From NCBI GenBank assembly GCA_040899905.1, contig JBBDZX010000005.1:629722-693721 (forward strand): a DNA stretch of 64,000 bases. The letters run 5' to 3'. The notes beneath the pieces were generated by a model, which was not told the DNA's origin, did not search any database, and worked only from the letters and a program-made list of their open reading frames with translations. The position numbers were made by a program, and so were the translations under genes. The DNA comes from Anaerolineales bacterium (GTDB lineage: Bacteria > Chloroflexota > Anaerolineae > Anaerolineales > E44-bin32). Below are positions 9,220 to 19,364 of this stretch, piece by piece (position 1 is the stretch's first letter; every line of letters starts with the position of its first letter).

Positions 9220-10677
9220 CTAGTTGTTTTGCCCAATCCAACCTGAGGGCACCGCGCCCGGGTCACCCTCCGCGCACACCTGCCCTCCGCAAAAGTAGAT
9301 GTCGCGTTCCGGCAGGTTCAGTGGAACGAAGGAGCCGACATTCTGAGCCGTCAGATCGAAGGCCGAACCATACTCGCCAGTGAAAGCCCCCACCAACTTC
9401 AGCGGGTGGCAGTCAGAGCCGGGTTGCTGACAGGTAGAGTTGAGTGTGCCGAAGCGGGTGACAAAGCCATCCGCGGTGACACGGCCCGGGCGTGGGTCAG
9501 TGTCGAACCCGGGCAGGTTGTCCCAGGCTTCCGGGATCTCGCCGGTCACTTCGTGAACCCGCGTCGTGCTGTTGTTGTATTTACACCCGGGCACGGGTGA
9601 GAATGTCAGGCCTCCGTCCTGCGAGCACAGCCAATGGAAGGTGAACGGGTACGTGAGGTCGGCAGCGTTGAGTATCTGGTAGGTGTCGCGCGCCCTGAAG
9701 AGCAGGGCGAACAACTCGCTGCCGCCGTCGATAAACTGCGGCTCGCTGATCCAGGTCGTGTTCGCGGGCGGCCGCCTCTTGATCACGAACGAGTAAGACG
9801 GGTATCGGTTGCACGGCGGCGCGCCGTTGAAGCAGTCCACGCTGAAATACGGCTCACGGGCCGGGTCGTAGGCCCCCGGCGGGGTGTCCGGGTAGGGCAG
9901 GATGGTCCCCTGGTAGGGACTCGTGCGCTGGCCGTAGTCCTGGTGTTGGCTGACGAAGATGTAGCCTTTGTCGGACGGTTCGCTAACGCGGCACTGGCGC
10001 AGGAGCCCTACCGCACTGTGGATGCGCGCCTCGAACTCAATCGAGTAGTTGCCGAAGCTGTGATACTGAACGACCAGCGCATCCAGGCCGGTCGGTACGC
10101 CCTCCCTGCCGGCGCATCCATCCGAGTGTTGCAGGGTCACGTCCCACTTCATACCGCCATGCTTCATCGTGTTTTCCATCGGCGACGAAGGGTTGGCATG
10201 CCCGACGCCCACATGACCAAGTAATGCGTGCAAATCAAAACCGGGGAATGCCGCCGCCACATCCTGCGTAAACGGATTCTGGCCGTGCTCATGGTCGTAG
10301 TGACAACGCCGCTCGCTGTCCCAGAGCGTGTGAAACCGGCTGGTGTCGTGCGCCTCGCCGGATCCAGGACAAAGCGGAGCGTCCGGATACGGACCATTGC
10401 CTCCCGGTCCAGTCGTCGGGGAGGATTGCGGAGTTGGCGACGACTGGGTCTTAGTGGGCGCCGGTCTGTGCAAGTGAGCTGGCGTAGTGCTGGCCAACGG
10501 CGTACCACTCGCCAACGGCGTAGCGCTGGCCAACCTAGTGGGACGGGCAACCGGCACGGATGGAGCACCCCCCACCTCTACCAGATCGTTCCCGGCTGAG
10601 ACGAGAAGCCCCACGCCGACCAGGAAGGCAGTCAACAGTGCAGGCCTTTGGATCGACGTTGCCATTCTCATGGACAT
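9220..10677 (-). CDS. secreted hypothetical protein (~485 aa); the frame continues 36 coding-like codons beyond its TAG, to 9109
   Basis: It has a signal-like N-terminus (MSMRMATSIQRPALLTAFLVGVGLLVSAG) and a Pro/Thr/Ser-rich linker followed by a Cys-containing globular domain. No family was recognised. The start could be 10677, 10671 or 10665. Confidence 0.8.
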   Translation of the reverse strand: MSMRMATSIQRPALLTAFLVGVGLLVSAGNDLVEVGGAPSVPVARPTRLASATPLASGTPLASTTPAHLHRPAPTKTQSSPTPQSSPTTGPGGNGPYPDAPLCPGSGEAHDTSRFHTLWDSERRCHYDHEHGQNPFTQDVAAAFPGFDLHALLGHVGVGHANPSSPMENTMKHGGMKWDVTLQHSDGCAGREGVPTGLDALVVQYHSFGNYSIEFEARIHSAVGLLRQCRVSEPSDKGYIFVSQHQDYGQRTSPYQGTILPYPDTPPGAYDPAREPYFSVDCFNGAPPCNRYPSYSFVIKRRPPANTTWISEPQFIDGGSELFALLFRARDTYQILNAADLTYPFTFHWLCSQDGGLTFSPVPGCKYNNSTTRVHEVTGEIPEAWDNLPGFDTDPRPGRVTADGFVTRFGTLNSTCQQPGSDCHPLKLVGAFTGEYGSAFDLTAQNVGSFVPLNLPERDIYFCGGQVCAEGDPGAVPSGWIGQNN

Positions 10678-10897
10678 CCTCCCAACGCAAGTAACCCCGA
10701 GCGGGAGGCTCCGGCCATTCCTGCCAGGTTGGGCCACCTCTGAGGGTTAATCCCAGAGTACTGGCGGCGCACCACCCGGTCAATGAAACCTCTGTCCGGG
10801 AGCCTTATCGTCTAGTTGTTGGAGCTATTGTCCCGATTCGGATACCGTCCCTCGCATCCGGTCTCGACGCTTCCTAGTCCCACCCGTATACTCCGCC

Positions 10898-12085
10898 GTG
10901 ATGGAACCAGGTGATTTCCGAAACCGTCGGCTTTTCCCCGGGCTGGAAGGCGGACCGTTCGAGATCGTTGTCACCCGGCTCGAAGCCATCGAGGCAATCC
11001 CCGGCGTCGTAGTCGGCCTCGGCTTGGCCGTATGGGCCGTTTTGATAAGCCGCGGCGATCCGGTCCGTCTTTTCACTCTGGCCGGCTTCGTGATCGCCGA
11101 CTGCCTCTTGCTTTTGGCCATTCACTGGCGCCGGGTATCCTTCGGTCCAGTCAAGGGTCCCTTGCTCGGCTTGGCGGTCGGCCGAGGTTTGATCGCGTTT
11201 GTCCCCGGGCCAGTCTCCATCCTGGTCCAGGTCGTAGCCACGGCTTCCGTCTTGTACGCGTTCTGGCTGTGCCCACAGTCACTCGGCCTCAGCCGCGAGG
11301 TTCTCGTCACGCCAAAGCTCCCGGGAGGCGCGGTATTTCGGGTCCTGCACTTCGGAGACCTTCATCTGGAACGGGCGGGACCCATGGTGGATCGGCTTGT
11401 ACGTCTCATCCGATCCGTTTCCCCGGACTGCATTCTGATCTCCGGCGACTACCTCAGCTACTCTTCCATTGACGACCCAGCGGCTTGGGAGGCGGTTCGC
11501 AAGTTTCTCTCCCAACTGAGCGCACCCCGCGGCGTGTTCGTCGTCGCCGGGACCCCGGCGGTCGACCGGTTGGAGCTCCTGCCTCGCCTCTTCGGAGGAA
11601 CCGGTGTCCGCTGGCTCGATGACGAGAGTGTGGCCCTCGAGCAAGAGGGTTGGCCCATCGAGTTAGTCGGGGTCACGTGCACTCACAAACCCTTCGAGGA
11701 CGCCCCGCGGCTGGCCCGGCTGCTGAACGGCGATCCAGGTCGCTTCCGCATCCTGCTGTATCACACACCCGACCTCGCGCCGGATGCTTCCAGGCTGGGG
11801 ATCGACCTCCAGCTCTCGGGACACACCCATGGCGGTCAGATCCGTCTCCCTCTCTTCGGCGCCCTGTACACCTCCTCGCTTTATGGAAAGTGCTTCGAGG
11901 CCGGCCGCTATTCCTTGGGTGGAATGACGCTCTACGTCACCCGTGGGATTGGGATGGAGGGACGCGGCGCCCCACGCATTCGCTTCCTTTGCCCGCCCGA
12001 AGCAACCCTTTGGCAGATTTCCGGTGGGCCGACCTCTCCAGGCTGGGCGTCGGATGGAACGGGTACAATTCGCTCGTCCCCGTGA
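10898..12085 (+). CDS. membrane-anchored metallophosphoesterase (calcineurin-like)
   Basis: The N-terminal TM helices are followed by HFGDLH, SGDY and GHTHGGQ motifs. Confidence 0.85.
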   Translation: MMEPGDFRNRRLFPGLEGGPFEIVVTRLEAIEAIPGVVVGLGLAVWAVLISRGDPVRLFTLAGFVIADCLLLLAIHWRRVSFGPVKGPLLGLAVGRGLIAFVPGPVSILVQVVATASVLYAFWLCPQSLGLSREVLVTPKLPGGAVFRVLHFGDLHLERAGPMVDRLVRLIRSVSPDCILISGDYLSYSSIDDPAAWEAVRKFLSQLSAPRGVFVVAGTPAVDRLELLPRLFGGTGVRWLDDESVALEQEGWPIELVGVTCTHKPFEDAPRLARLLNGDPGRFRILLYHTPDLAPDASRLGIDLQLSGHTHGGQIRLPLFGALYTSSLYGKCFEAGRYSLGGMTLYVTRGIGMEGRGAPRIRFLCPPEATLWQISGGPTSPGWASDGTGTIRSSP

Positions 12086-12633
12086 TGGAATTCATCCACA
12101 CCTCGCTTCCCGCCGTCGTGCTTGTGAAATCTGGAGCCTTTTCCGACGCGCGCGGCTACCTCATGGAGACATACCGCCAGCGCGAGTTCGCCGAGGCTGG
12201 GATCTCTCTCCCCTTCTTGCAGGACAACCACTCGCACTCGCTCGGCGGTGCGCTGCGCGGACTGCACTATCAGGTGAGGCACCCGCAGGGAAAGCTCATC
12301 CGCGTCGTCGACGGCGAGGTGTTTGACGTAGCCGTGGACGTGCGTCGCGATTCGCCCACCCTCGGTTCGTGGACAGGTGTCACCCTTTCGGCAGAGAACC
12401 GGCTGCAATTGTGGATCCCGCCGGGATTCGCCCACGGGTTTTACGTCACCAGCCCGGCGGCCGACGTGGTGTACAAGATGACCGAGTACTACCAAGCGGA
12501 ATGGGAGCGCACGATCCGCTGGGACGATCCCGACATCGGCATCCGCTGGCCGCTAGAGGGCGGGTCGCCGCCCTTGGTTTCGGCGCGGGATCAGGCCGGG
12601 TTGCCCTTCGCGCAAGCGGAGAAGATCGAATGA
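12085..12633 (+). CDS. rfbC: dTDP-4-dehydrorhamnose 3,5-epimerase
   Basis: MEFIHTSLPAVVLVKSGAFSDARGYLMETY...GLHYQ...GKLIRVVDGEVFDVAVDVR...WIPPGFAHGF. The ATG overlaps the upstream TGA. Confidence 0.95.
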   Translation: MEFIHTSLPAVVLVKSGAFSDARGYLMETYRQREFAEAGISLPFLQDNHSHSLGGALRGLHYQVRHPQGKLIRVVDGEVFDVAVDVRRDSPTLGSWTGVTLSAENRLQLWIPPGFAHGFYVTSPAADVVYKMTEYYQAEWERTIRWDDPDIGIRWPLEGGSPPLVSARDQAGLPFAQAEKIE

Positions 12634-13715
12634 ACTCTGCGAACCCGATCCTGGTGACGGGCGGCGCCGGGTTCATCGGATCGAACTTCATCCACTACAT
12701 CCTTGCCCTCCAGCCCGAGGCCCGTATCGTCAATCTCGACCGGCTCAGCTACTCCGGAAGCCTTGAGAACCTCAAGGACCTTCCCGATCCTTCGCGCCAC
12801 ATATTCGTTCAAGGGGACATCGGCGACTCAACCCTGGTCGAGGACCTGCTGCGCCAGCACCGCATCGAAACGGTGGTTCACTTCGCGGCCGAGACCCATG
12901 TCGACCGTTCCATCGCCAGCCCGGAGGCCTTCATCGAGGTGAACGTCGTCGGCACCTTTCGCCTGCTGGAAGCCTGCCGCCGGACCTGGCTGCCCTTGGC
13001 GAATAACCGCGCGCGCTTCCACCACGTGTCCACCGACGAGGTGTATGGCGACATCGGACCGGAGGAACCGGCCTCCACCGAGCGGGATACCTACCGGCCC
13101 AACTCGCCATACGCCGCCTCCAAGGCCGGCGCCGATCACCTCGTACGGGCTTATGCCCGCACATACGGCCTGCCCGTGACGATCAGCAACTGCTCCAACA
13201 ACTATGGCCCGCGCCAGTTCCCCGAGAAGCTCGTCCCGTTGACGATCCTCAAAGCCCTGGAAGGGTCGCCTCTTCCGATCTATGGGGACGGGCGGCAGAT
13301 CCGAGATTGGGTGTTCGTGGAGGATCACTCTTCGGCTCTAGTCCGTATCCTGGACCGCGGCCGTCCCGGCGAGACCTATCACGTCGGCGGGGGAAATCAG
13401 GTGTCCAACATTGAGCTGGTGCAACTCCTGTGCGCCCTCCTGGACGGGGTGCGGCCAGCCTTGGTGAACGCGCCGCATTCCCGTCTGATCACGCACGTCG
13501 CCGACCGTCCAGGGCACGACCGCCGCTATGCCATGGACTTCACCAAGATCCGGTCGGAGCTTGGCTGGCAGCCGGCCTACGGCCTTGTGCGCGGCCTGCG
13601 CGAGACGCTCCAGTGGTATCTCGACCACGCGGACTGGCTGGAGACGATCCGCACTCGGCCGACCTACCAGGAATGGCTCGAGCAGAACTATGCTGTCCGG
13701 CAGGACCCGCGATGA
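12630..13715 (+). CDS. rfbB: dTDP-glucose 4,6-dehydratase
   Basis: [31 protein letters not shown] and NCSNNYGPRQFPEKL motifs. There is an ATGA overlap with rfbC. Confidence 0.95.
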   Translation: MNSANPILVTGGAGFIGSNFIHYILALQPEARIVNLDRLSYSGSLENLKDLPDPSRHIFVQGDIGDSTLVEDLLRQHRIETVVHFAAETHVDRSIASPEAFIEVNVVGTFRLLEACRRTWLPLANNRARFHHVSTDEVYGDIGPEEPASTERDTYRPNSPYAASKAGADHLVRAYARTYGLPVTISNCSNNYGPRQFPEKLVPLTILKALEGSPLPIYGDGRQIRDWVFVEDHSSALVRILDRGRPGETYHVGGGNQVSNIELVQLLCALLDGVRPALVNAPHSRLITHVADRPGHDRRYAMDFTKIRSELGWQPAYGLVRGLRETLQWYLDHADWLETIRTRPTYQEWLEQNYAVRQDPR

Positions 13716-14602
13716 AAGGGATCCTCCTCGCAGGCGGATTGGGAACTCGCCTGCACCCTGCAACCCGCGGCGTCAGCAAGCAGCTCCTACCGCTGTTTGA
13801 CAAGCCCATGGTGTACTACCCGCTGACGAGCTTGATGCTGGCCGGCATTCGCGACATCCTGATCGTTAGCACGTCCGAAGACCTGCCTCTGTTCGAACGG
13901 CTGCTCGGTCGAGGCGACCAATGGGGCCTCCACTTCCGCTACGCCGCCCAGAAGAAACCACGCGGGCTAGCGGATGCTTTCCTGGTGGGCGAAGCCTTCC
14001 TCGAGGGTCAGCCGGCGTGCCTGATCCTGGGCGACAATGTGTTCTTCGGGCATGGATTCCCGGAGACCCTCCGCTTGGCGGCACAACTGACACAGGGTGG
14101 CCTGGTCTTCGGTTACCCCGTGCGCGATCCACACCGCTACGGCGTAGTAGAGATGGATCCGAGCGGAAGGGTGCTATCGATCGAAGAGAAGCCCAAAGTT
14201 CCCCGCTCTCACCATGCCATCCCCGGCGTCTACTTCTTCGACCGGCGAGTGGCGGCGATGGCCCGGGAGTTGAAGCCCTCGGCCCGGGGAGAACTCGAGA
14301 TCACCGACCTCGCCAAGATGTACCTGGCCCTGGGTGAGCTGCGGGTCGAACGTCTCGGGCGCGGCATCGCCTGGCTGGATGCCGGCACCCACGAGTCCCT
14401 CATGCAGGCGGCCGCCTTCATCCAGGCGGTGCAGGAACGACAGGGCTTGATGATCGCCTGCCCGGAGGAGATCGCCTTCCGCATGGATTACATCGACCGG
14501 GATCAGCTCGAGCGCTTGACCCACTCCATGGGCGAAAACCATTACCGTCGCTACCTGGAGGAGATCCTGCGCGAGGGTCCGTTCCCCACCACCGGCGCAT
14601 GA
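13712..14602 (+). CDS. rfbA: glucose-1-phosphate thymidylyltransferase
   Basis: MKGILLAGGLGTRLHPATRGVSKQLLPLFDKPMVYYPL. There is an ATGA overlap with rfbB. Confidence 0.95.
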   Translation: MKGILLAGGLGTRLHPATRGVSKQLLPLFDKPMVYYPLTSLMLAGIRDILIVSTSEDLPLFERLLGRGDQWGLHFRYAAQKKPRGLADAFLVGEAFLEGQPACLILGDNVFFGHGFPETLRLAAQLTQGGLVFGYPVRDPHRYGVVEMDPSGRVLSIEEKPKVPRSHHAIPGVYFFDRRVAAMARELKPSARGELEITDLAKMYLALGELRVERLGRGIAWLDAGTHESLMQAAAFIQAVQERQGLMIACPEEIAFRMDYIDRDQLERLTHSMGENHYRRYLEEILREGPFPTTGA

Positions 14603-15483
14603 GATTCCTCGTTCTGGGCAAGACCGGGCAACTTGGCGCGGAGCTACAACGCGCCCTGGCGCCCCTCGGGCCGGTGGTAGCCTTGGACCGCAGCCAGTGC
14701 GACCTCGCTGTCCCGGACTCCCTTCCACAGGTCCTGCGTCAATACCCGTCCGACGTGGTATTGAATGCTGCCGCGTACACGGCCGTAGACCGCGCCGAGG
14801 CCGAGCAGGACCTAGCACAGACTGTTAACGCGTGGGCCCCCGGGGTCTTGGCGGCCCAAGCCCAGGCCGCTGGCCAGCTGCTGATTCACTATTCGACCGA
14901 CTACGTCTTCGACGGAAGTACCTCACGACCCTACACCGAGGACGATGTTCCCCGCCCGCTTTCGGTCTACGGACAGACCAAGCTGGAGGGAGAGAGAGCC
15001 GTTCAGCGAGCGTGTAAAAACTACCTGATCCTGCGCACCAGCTGGCTCTACAGTATGCGTCGAGCAAACTTCGTCACTCAGGTCCTGGAATGGTCCCGCA
15101 AGCAACCCGCGCTCCACGTCGTCACGGATCAGGTGGGAAGCCCGACTTGGGCCCGTGTCATCGCCGAGGCCACGGCTGGGATTCTCTCGGCAACCGCAGG
15201 GGACCTTCCGGTCCTGAGCCTGCCCTCAGGCGTCTATCACGTGGCGTGCGCGGGCGCGGTCAGTCGATGGGAGTTGGCCCGCGAGGTCCTCCGTCTGGAT
15301 CCGCGTCCCGCCGAGCAGTTGGTTTCTGCTGAGGCAATCCTGCCCGCACGCAGTCGCGAGTTCCCCACTCCCGCCGCCCGGCCGGCCTATTCCGCCCTCG
15401 ATTCGACGCTCGTCCAACGCCGGTTTGGGCTTATCCTTCCAGCCTGGAGCGATTCCCTTCGTTCGGCGATGCAGGCCGGGTGA
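14599..15483 (+). CDS. rfbD: dTDP-4-dehydrorhamnose reductase
   Basis: MRFLVLGKTGQLG...NAAAYTAVDRAE...YSTDYVFDG...YGQTKLEGE. There is an ATGA overlap with rfbA. Confidence 0.93.
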   Translation: MRFLVLGKTGQLGAELQRALAPLGPVVALDRSQCDLAVPDSLPQVLRQYPSDVVLNAAAYTAVDRAEAEQDLAQTVNAWAPGVLAAQAQAAGQLLIHYSTDYVFDGSTSRPYTEDDVPRPLSVYGQTKLEGERAVQRACKNYLILRTSWLYSMRRANFVTQVLEWSRKQPALHVVTDQVGSPTWARVIAEATAGILSATAGDLPVLSLPSGVYHVACAGAVSRWELAREVLRLDPRPAEQLVSAEAILPARSREFPTPAARPAYSALDSTLVQRRFGLILPAWSDSLRSAMQAG

Positions 15484-16088
15484 GGTCGGGCGTGGCGAAC
15501 GGCTTCCCCGCTCTCCTGATCGACCGGGACGGCGTCATCATTGAAAACCGGCCCGACTATGTGCGTTCCTGGGAGGATGTGGTTCCGCTGCCCCGCGCGA
15601 TCAGCGCGCTGGCGCGCCTCCACCAGCCCACCCACAAGGTGGTGATGATTAGCAACCAATCTGCTATCGGGCGGGGCCTCATCACGCTCCGCCAGGCGGA
15701 GGAGATCAACCGTCGACTGGTCGCTCTCCTCGAGACTGCCGGCGCCCGAATCGATGGGGTCTTCATGTGTCCCCATCACCCCGATGAGGCCTGTGCCTGT
15801 AGGAAGCCCCGGCCGGGCCTGATCTTGCAGGCGACCGAAGGACTGGGGCTCGACCTCCGTCGGTCGATCCTGGTCGGCGATGCAATCAGCGACCTGCAGG
15901 CCGGCCGGTCGGCTGGTGTAGCTACCCTGGCCCTCGTTCGCACGGGCCTGGGGCGAGATCAGGAGCAGCATCTTGCCGGAACGGACTTCGCGGCGGTCAA
16001 GGTGTTCGATGATCTCTCGGCGGCCTTGAAGGAGCTTCTCCCTTCGGCCGCCTCGGATTCGAGCGACGGCCGCCGGACCGAAGAGTAG
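15480..16088 (+). CDS. gmhB: D,D-heptose 1,7-bisphosphate phosphatase (HAD family)
   Basis: LLIDRDGVII (DxD), ISNQSAIGRG, CPHHPDEACACRKPRPGL (Zn-finger-like insert) and VGDAISDLQAG. The GTG start overlaps the rfbD TGA. Confidence 0.88.
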   Translation: MRSGVANGFPALLIDRDGVIIENRPDYVRSWEDVVPLPRAISALARLHQPTHKVVMISNQSAIGRGLITLRQAEEINRRLVALLETAGARIDGVFMCPHHPDEACACRKPRPGLILQATEGLGLDLRRSILVGDAISDLQAGRSAGVATLALVRTGLGRDQEQHLAGTDFAAVKVFDDLSAALKELLPSAASDSSDGRRTEE

Positions 16089-16186
16089 GCCGAGCCGTCC
16101 TGGACCAAATCTACCCCAGGTCCTCACACCACAAGAGCGCTGTGCCAAGAATCGCACAGCGTTTTTGGGGACCCTTCTGGCCATCG

Positions 16187-16330
16187 CGAACTACAGGTCG
16201 GGCGTGGCGGGTGGCGGACCGGGCCCAGGCTGGGGCGTGTCGGTTGGCGGATCCGGCGTGTTCGTGGGCGGCTACGGGGTGTCGGTCGGCAACGGCGTGG
16301 ACGTGTCTGTGGCTGTCGGCCTGCTAGAAT
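16187..16330 (-). pseudogene. orphan Pro/Thr-rich C-terminal tail remnant with an internal TAG
   Basis: The minus frame reads RPTATDTSTPLPTDTP*PPTNTPDPPTDTPQPGPGPPPATPDL*. No protein body lies upstream, since the response-regulator remnant ends at 16375. Confidence 0.45.
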
Positions 16331-16374
16331 GAGGTTATCTCATCCCAGGGTGATTCTTCGCTCGATCGAGCGCG

Positions 16375-16918
16375 TCAGCCGGCAAGTCCGAGTCGCAGGG
16401 CGCGGATTGCGGCCCACGTACGATCCGAGACCCCCAGTTTGAGAAAGATTTCCTTGACGTGAGTCTTCACGGTGTTGCGACTGACGGAAAGAGCGGTGGC
16501 AATGGCAGCGTTGTCCATTTCCTCGGCGATGAGGATAGGACCCGCAGCTGCTGAGGCGTGAGGGTCGGCGGGTCGAGGCCTCGGGCTTGGGGCCGGACCG
16601 GGCTGTGTCGGCGATGTCCCGCAGCGCGATCTGAAGGATCTCACGGTTGACGATCGCGTCGCCTTCTGCGACCTCCCGGATCGCCTTGGGGGTGCTGGAC
16701 GGTTCATCGTCTTTGGTAATGTAGCCGCCGACTCCTAGGGCGATTGCCCGAGCCATGAAATCTGGCCTGGAGTAGGCGGTGGTCATGATCACACCGGTGG
16801 CCGGCAAGGTGGCCCGCAATGCTGCCAGGGCCTGCAAGCCGTCCATGTCCGGCATGACGATGTCCAGCACCACCACTTCCGGATTCAGCTCCTTGGCCAG
16901 GTCGCCGCCGCCGGCTGC
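16375..16918 (-). pseudogene. NarL/FixJ-type response regulator, N-terminally truncated and frameshifted at least twice
   Basis: The receiver part (NPEVVVLDIVMPDMDGLQAL...GYITKD) lacks the first ~25 codons. LTPQQLRVL and the LuxR HTH (ILIAEEMDNAAIATALSVSRNTVKTHVKEIFLKLGVSDRTWAAIRALRLGL) lie in two other frames. Confidence 0.75.
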
Positions 16919-17217
16919 CGAATCGACAGGGTCTTCGTATGCCCCACCGGCCACTGGACGACTGCCTATGCCGGAAGCCCAAACCCGGCCTAATCCTCCA
17001 AGCGGCGGCTCTTCGCCTCGACCTGCCGGGGTCGATCCTCATCGGCGACACCTGGAACGACATTCTCGCCTCCGCCGGGGTCGGCCGCGCCATCCTTGTG
17101 CGCGCCGGCCTGGGTGCGGCACAGGCGGAGGCTTCACCTCCGACCGGAACGTCTAATCTGGCCGCCAATTCCCGGGCCCTGCCGGAAGCGATCCATCGCT
17201 TCGTCGTCCGGGACTGA
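16919..17217 (+). pseudogene. gmhB 3' fragment (second, truncated copy)
   Basis: RIDRVFVCP, then a frameshift, then HRPLDDCLCRKPKPGLILQAAALRLDLPGSILIGDTWNDILASAGVG. This corresponds to the C-terminal ~60% of GmhB. The DxD nucleophile region is absent. Confidence 0.7.
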
Positions 17218-17241
17218 GGGCGCATCGCTTCCCGGAAAGCA

Positions 17242-17276
17242 GAGCTGCCCGGCGGAGCACATTCGCCGGGCAGCTC
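17242..17276. terminator. 13-bp-stem hairpin between convergent genes
   Basis: GAGCTGCCCGGCG-GAGCACATT-CGCCGGGCAGCTC, with TGCTTTCC following on the minus strand. Confidence 0.5.
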
Positions 17277-17322
17277 GTTCGGGCGCATCCCTGGCCGCCC
17301 GCCGCCTGCAGGGGCGGCGGCC

Positions 17323-18903
17323 TCATGCCACCAGGAGGAAGTTGACCACCAACTGCACGTCCAGGATGTCGACCGCGTCGTCGCCGTTCATGTCGGCCTT
17401 ATCCACGATGATCGGATCCGTCTCGGTCCCCAGCAGCACGTTGACGCACAACTGCACGTCGAGCACATCCACTTCCCCATCCGCGTTGATGTCGCCGTCC
17501 AAGGACGCGGAATCCGCGAGGAGCACGTGGACGGCGACCTCCGTCCCCACACCGGGGGGCCGCCTCCACGTCTGGTCGCCTGTCGCCAAGGGCACGTCGG
17601 TCTGCGTCACCATGGTACCGCTGGCGATGTCCATCCACCGCAAGGTGTACGTTCCGGCCTCCATGTCCCGCAGGCCCATTTCACCGGAGAGGTCGGCCCC
17701 ATAGGCGATGTACTCCTTGCCCGGAAGGGCGAGTACATAATCGGTGCCTCCGAAGGCCAGCTCGTCGTGCGGCGCCATCTCAAGCAGGCCGGTGCTCTCC
17801 ATAAAGGCCGCCAGCCTTCCACAATCCTCCAGCTCGGCGATCGGCGAACTGGCGATATCCCACCGTAGGTGCATCACGGACCCGCCGCCCATCGCTACCG
17901 CCCAGCTCCTCAGACGGGCTTCCTGGCCGAACGCATCCGGGTGCCCCTCAGCCAAGTTGAGGTTGTAGCGGCCGGCGGCATCCTTCCACGCCGAAACCAC
18001 CGCGTCGTGGAATCCGTCGGCCTCGCTGGCAGTGTACTGAATGGCGAACTGATCGATCGACGGATCGTCGGCGAACTCCGCAAACGACAGCCCGTTCAGC
18101 TTGTGCACGGCGATCGGGTGGCCATGGTCGTCGGCCGCCCGGATCTCGGCGGCGATGTTCGACACTCGCTCGGCGCTGTAGCTCTCGCTGTACTCCTCCG
18201 CGATCGCCCAGATGAGATGCGTGTGATGCTCGAATCGATCGACCAGGTCGTACACGAAGGCGCGCTCCTCCTCTCCGACCGAGTCGCCGGTGTCCCAAAC
18301 CCGGGCTCCGTCGTCGTAGAGGAAGAGGAAAGCGACGACCCCCTGGTTGTCGAGCTCCGTGAACCAACCTTCCCACTGGTTCAGGATATCGTCATCGAGC
18401 CCCTGGGCGGGGTCGGAATCGACAAACGGATTCTCCGAAGGTCCTCCATCTCCGCCGTGGGAGCGAATAGCCATCATGTAGATGCCGTTGGCGCCGGTTC
18501 CCGCCAGCTTGGCGATCAGCGCCTCCTGGTCACCAGTGCGTGCGCCATCGGGGTTGCGCGTGCCTCGGTACAGAAAGCCTTCCGGGTCGCCCGGCGCGCA
18601 CATGAAGAATGGACCGCCCCCCTGGTACCTCAGCCATTCAGGGTTGGCAGGATCCACCACGATCTGGCCTGGCAAAGGGGACGAGAGCAAGGCGCGATCG
18701 TCATCCTCGGCGCTCGTCGGCATGCCTTCATCGGCCCGCACCTCGGTCGGCTTCGGAAGCCCGAGCTGCATGCCCCCGACACACAGGAACATTGCCAGGC
18801 CCGTGGAGATCAGCGGTCCCCGCTCGCGGCCAGGCCGCGACCTGACCTGCGCGGCACCGGCCGCCGGGCTCAAGCCAGCTGCAGCGTTTCGTGCAAGCCT
18901 CAT
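17323..18903 (-). CDS. secreted glycoside-hydrolase-like TIM-barrel protein (DUF4038/GH5-like) with C-terminal dockerin-type repeats
   Basis: The start MRLARNAAAGL... is followed by the core ...NGIYMMAIRSHGGDGG...LIWAIAEEYSESYS...HPIAVH. The C-terminus has two EF-hand-like segments, DINADGEVDVLDVQLCVNVLLG and DMNGDDAVDILDVQLVVNFLL. Confidence 0.75.
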   Translation of the reverse strand: MRLARNAAAGLSPAAGAAQVRSRPGRERGPLISTGLAMFLCVGGMQLGLPKPTEVRADEGMPTSAEDDDRALLSSPLPGQIVVDPANPEWLRYQGGGPFFMCAPGDPEGFLYRGTRNPDGARTGDQEALIAKLAGTGANGIYMMAIRSHGGDGGPSENPFVDSDPAQGLDDDILNQWEGWFTELDNQGVVAFLFLYDDGARVWDTGDSVGEEERAFVYDLVDRFEHHTHLIWAIAEEYSESYSAERVSNIAAEIRAADDHGHPIAVHKLNGLSFAEFADDPSIDQFAIQYTASEADGFHDAVVSAWKDAAGRYNLNLAEGHPDAFGQEARLRSWAVAMGGGSVMHLRWDIASSPIAELEDCGRLAAFMESTGLLEMAPHDELAFGGTDYVLALPGKEYIAYGADLSGEMGLRDMEAGTYTLRWMDIASGTMVTQTDVPLATGDQTWRRPPGVGTEVAVHVLLADSASLDGDINADGEVDVLDVQLCVNVLLGTETDPIIVDKADMNGDDAVDILDVQLVVNFLLVA

Positions 18904-19364
18904 GAGGGATTCTCGCCGGAGCCCGACCCCAATGTGATGTGTGGAGCAAGGCTCTGCCTTCGGGTAACGGCGATTATAGGATAGCCGAGAGCAACGCGCA
19001 ATGACCACCAGGGCATATCTCGGGAAATAGGCTCGTTCCTGGCCATCGTCGCCGCGTAACACAGACGTGGGCTCTGGGGTTCGCCCCTACCTCCGCGCGG
19101 TGTGGTGTACGGTGCAGCGTTCCGAAGATTCGCCTCCGTCGATTATGGCAACTTCCTGAACCTATTCACACATTGCCTTACATCAGTACCATCGACCTGT
19201 CCGAACTCATCCTCTAGGATGAGAAACTGTGTTCCATAGGAAGATGGATTGATCCTACAGGATTAGACCCGAAGGGGGCACTCAGTTTCCATAATTCACT
19301 TCTCGGCCTTAGCTGCAGACGAACCGCTCTGCCGGTTTTGACCCACGGACGCGAGGAAGTTCGG

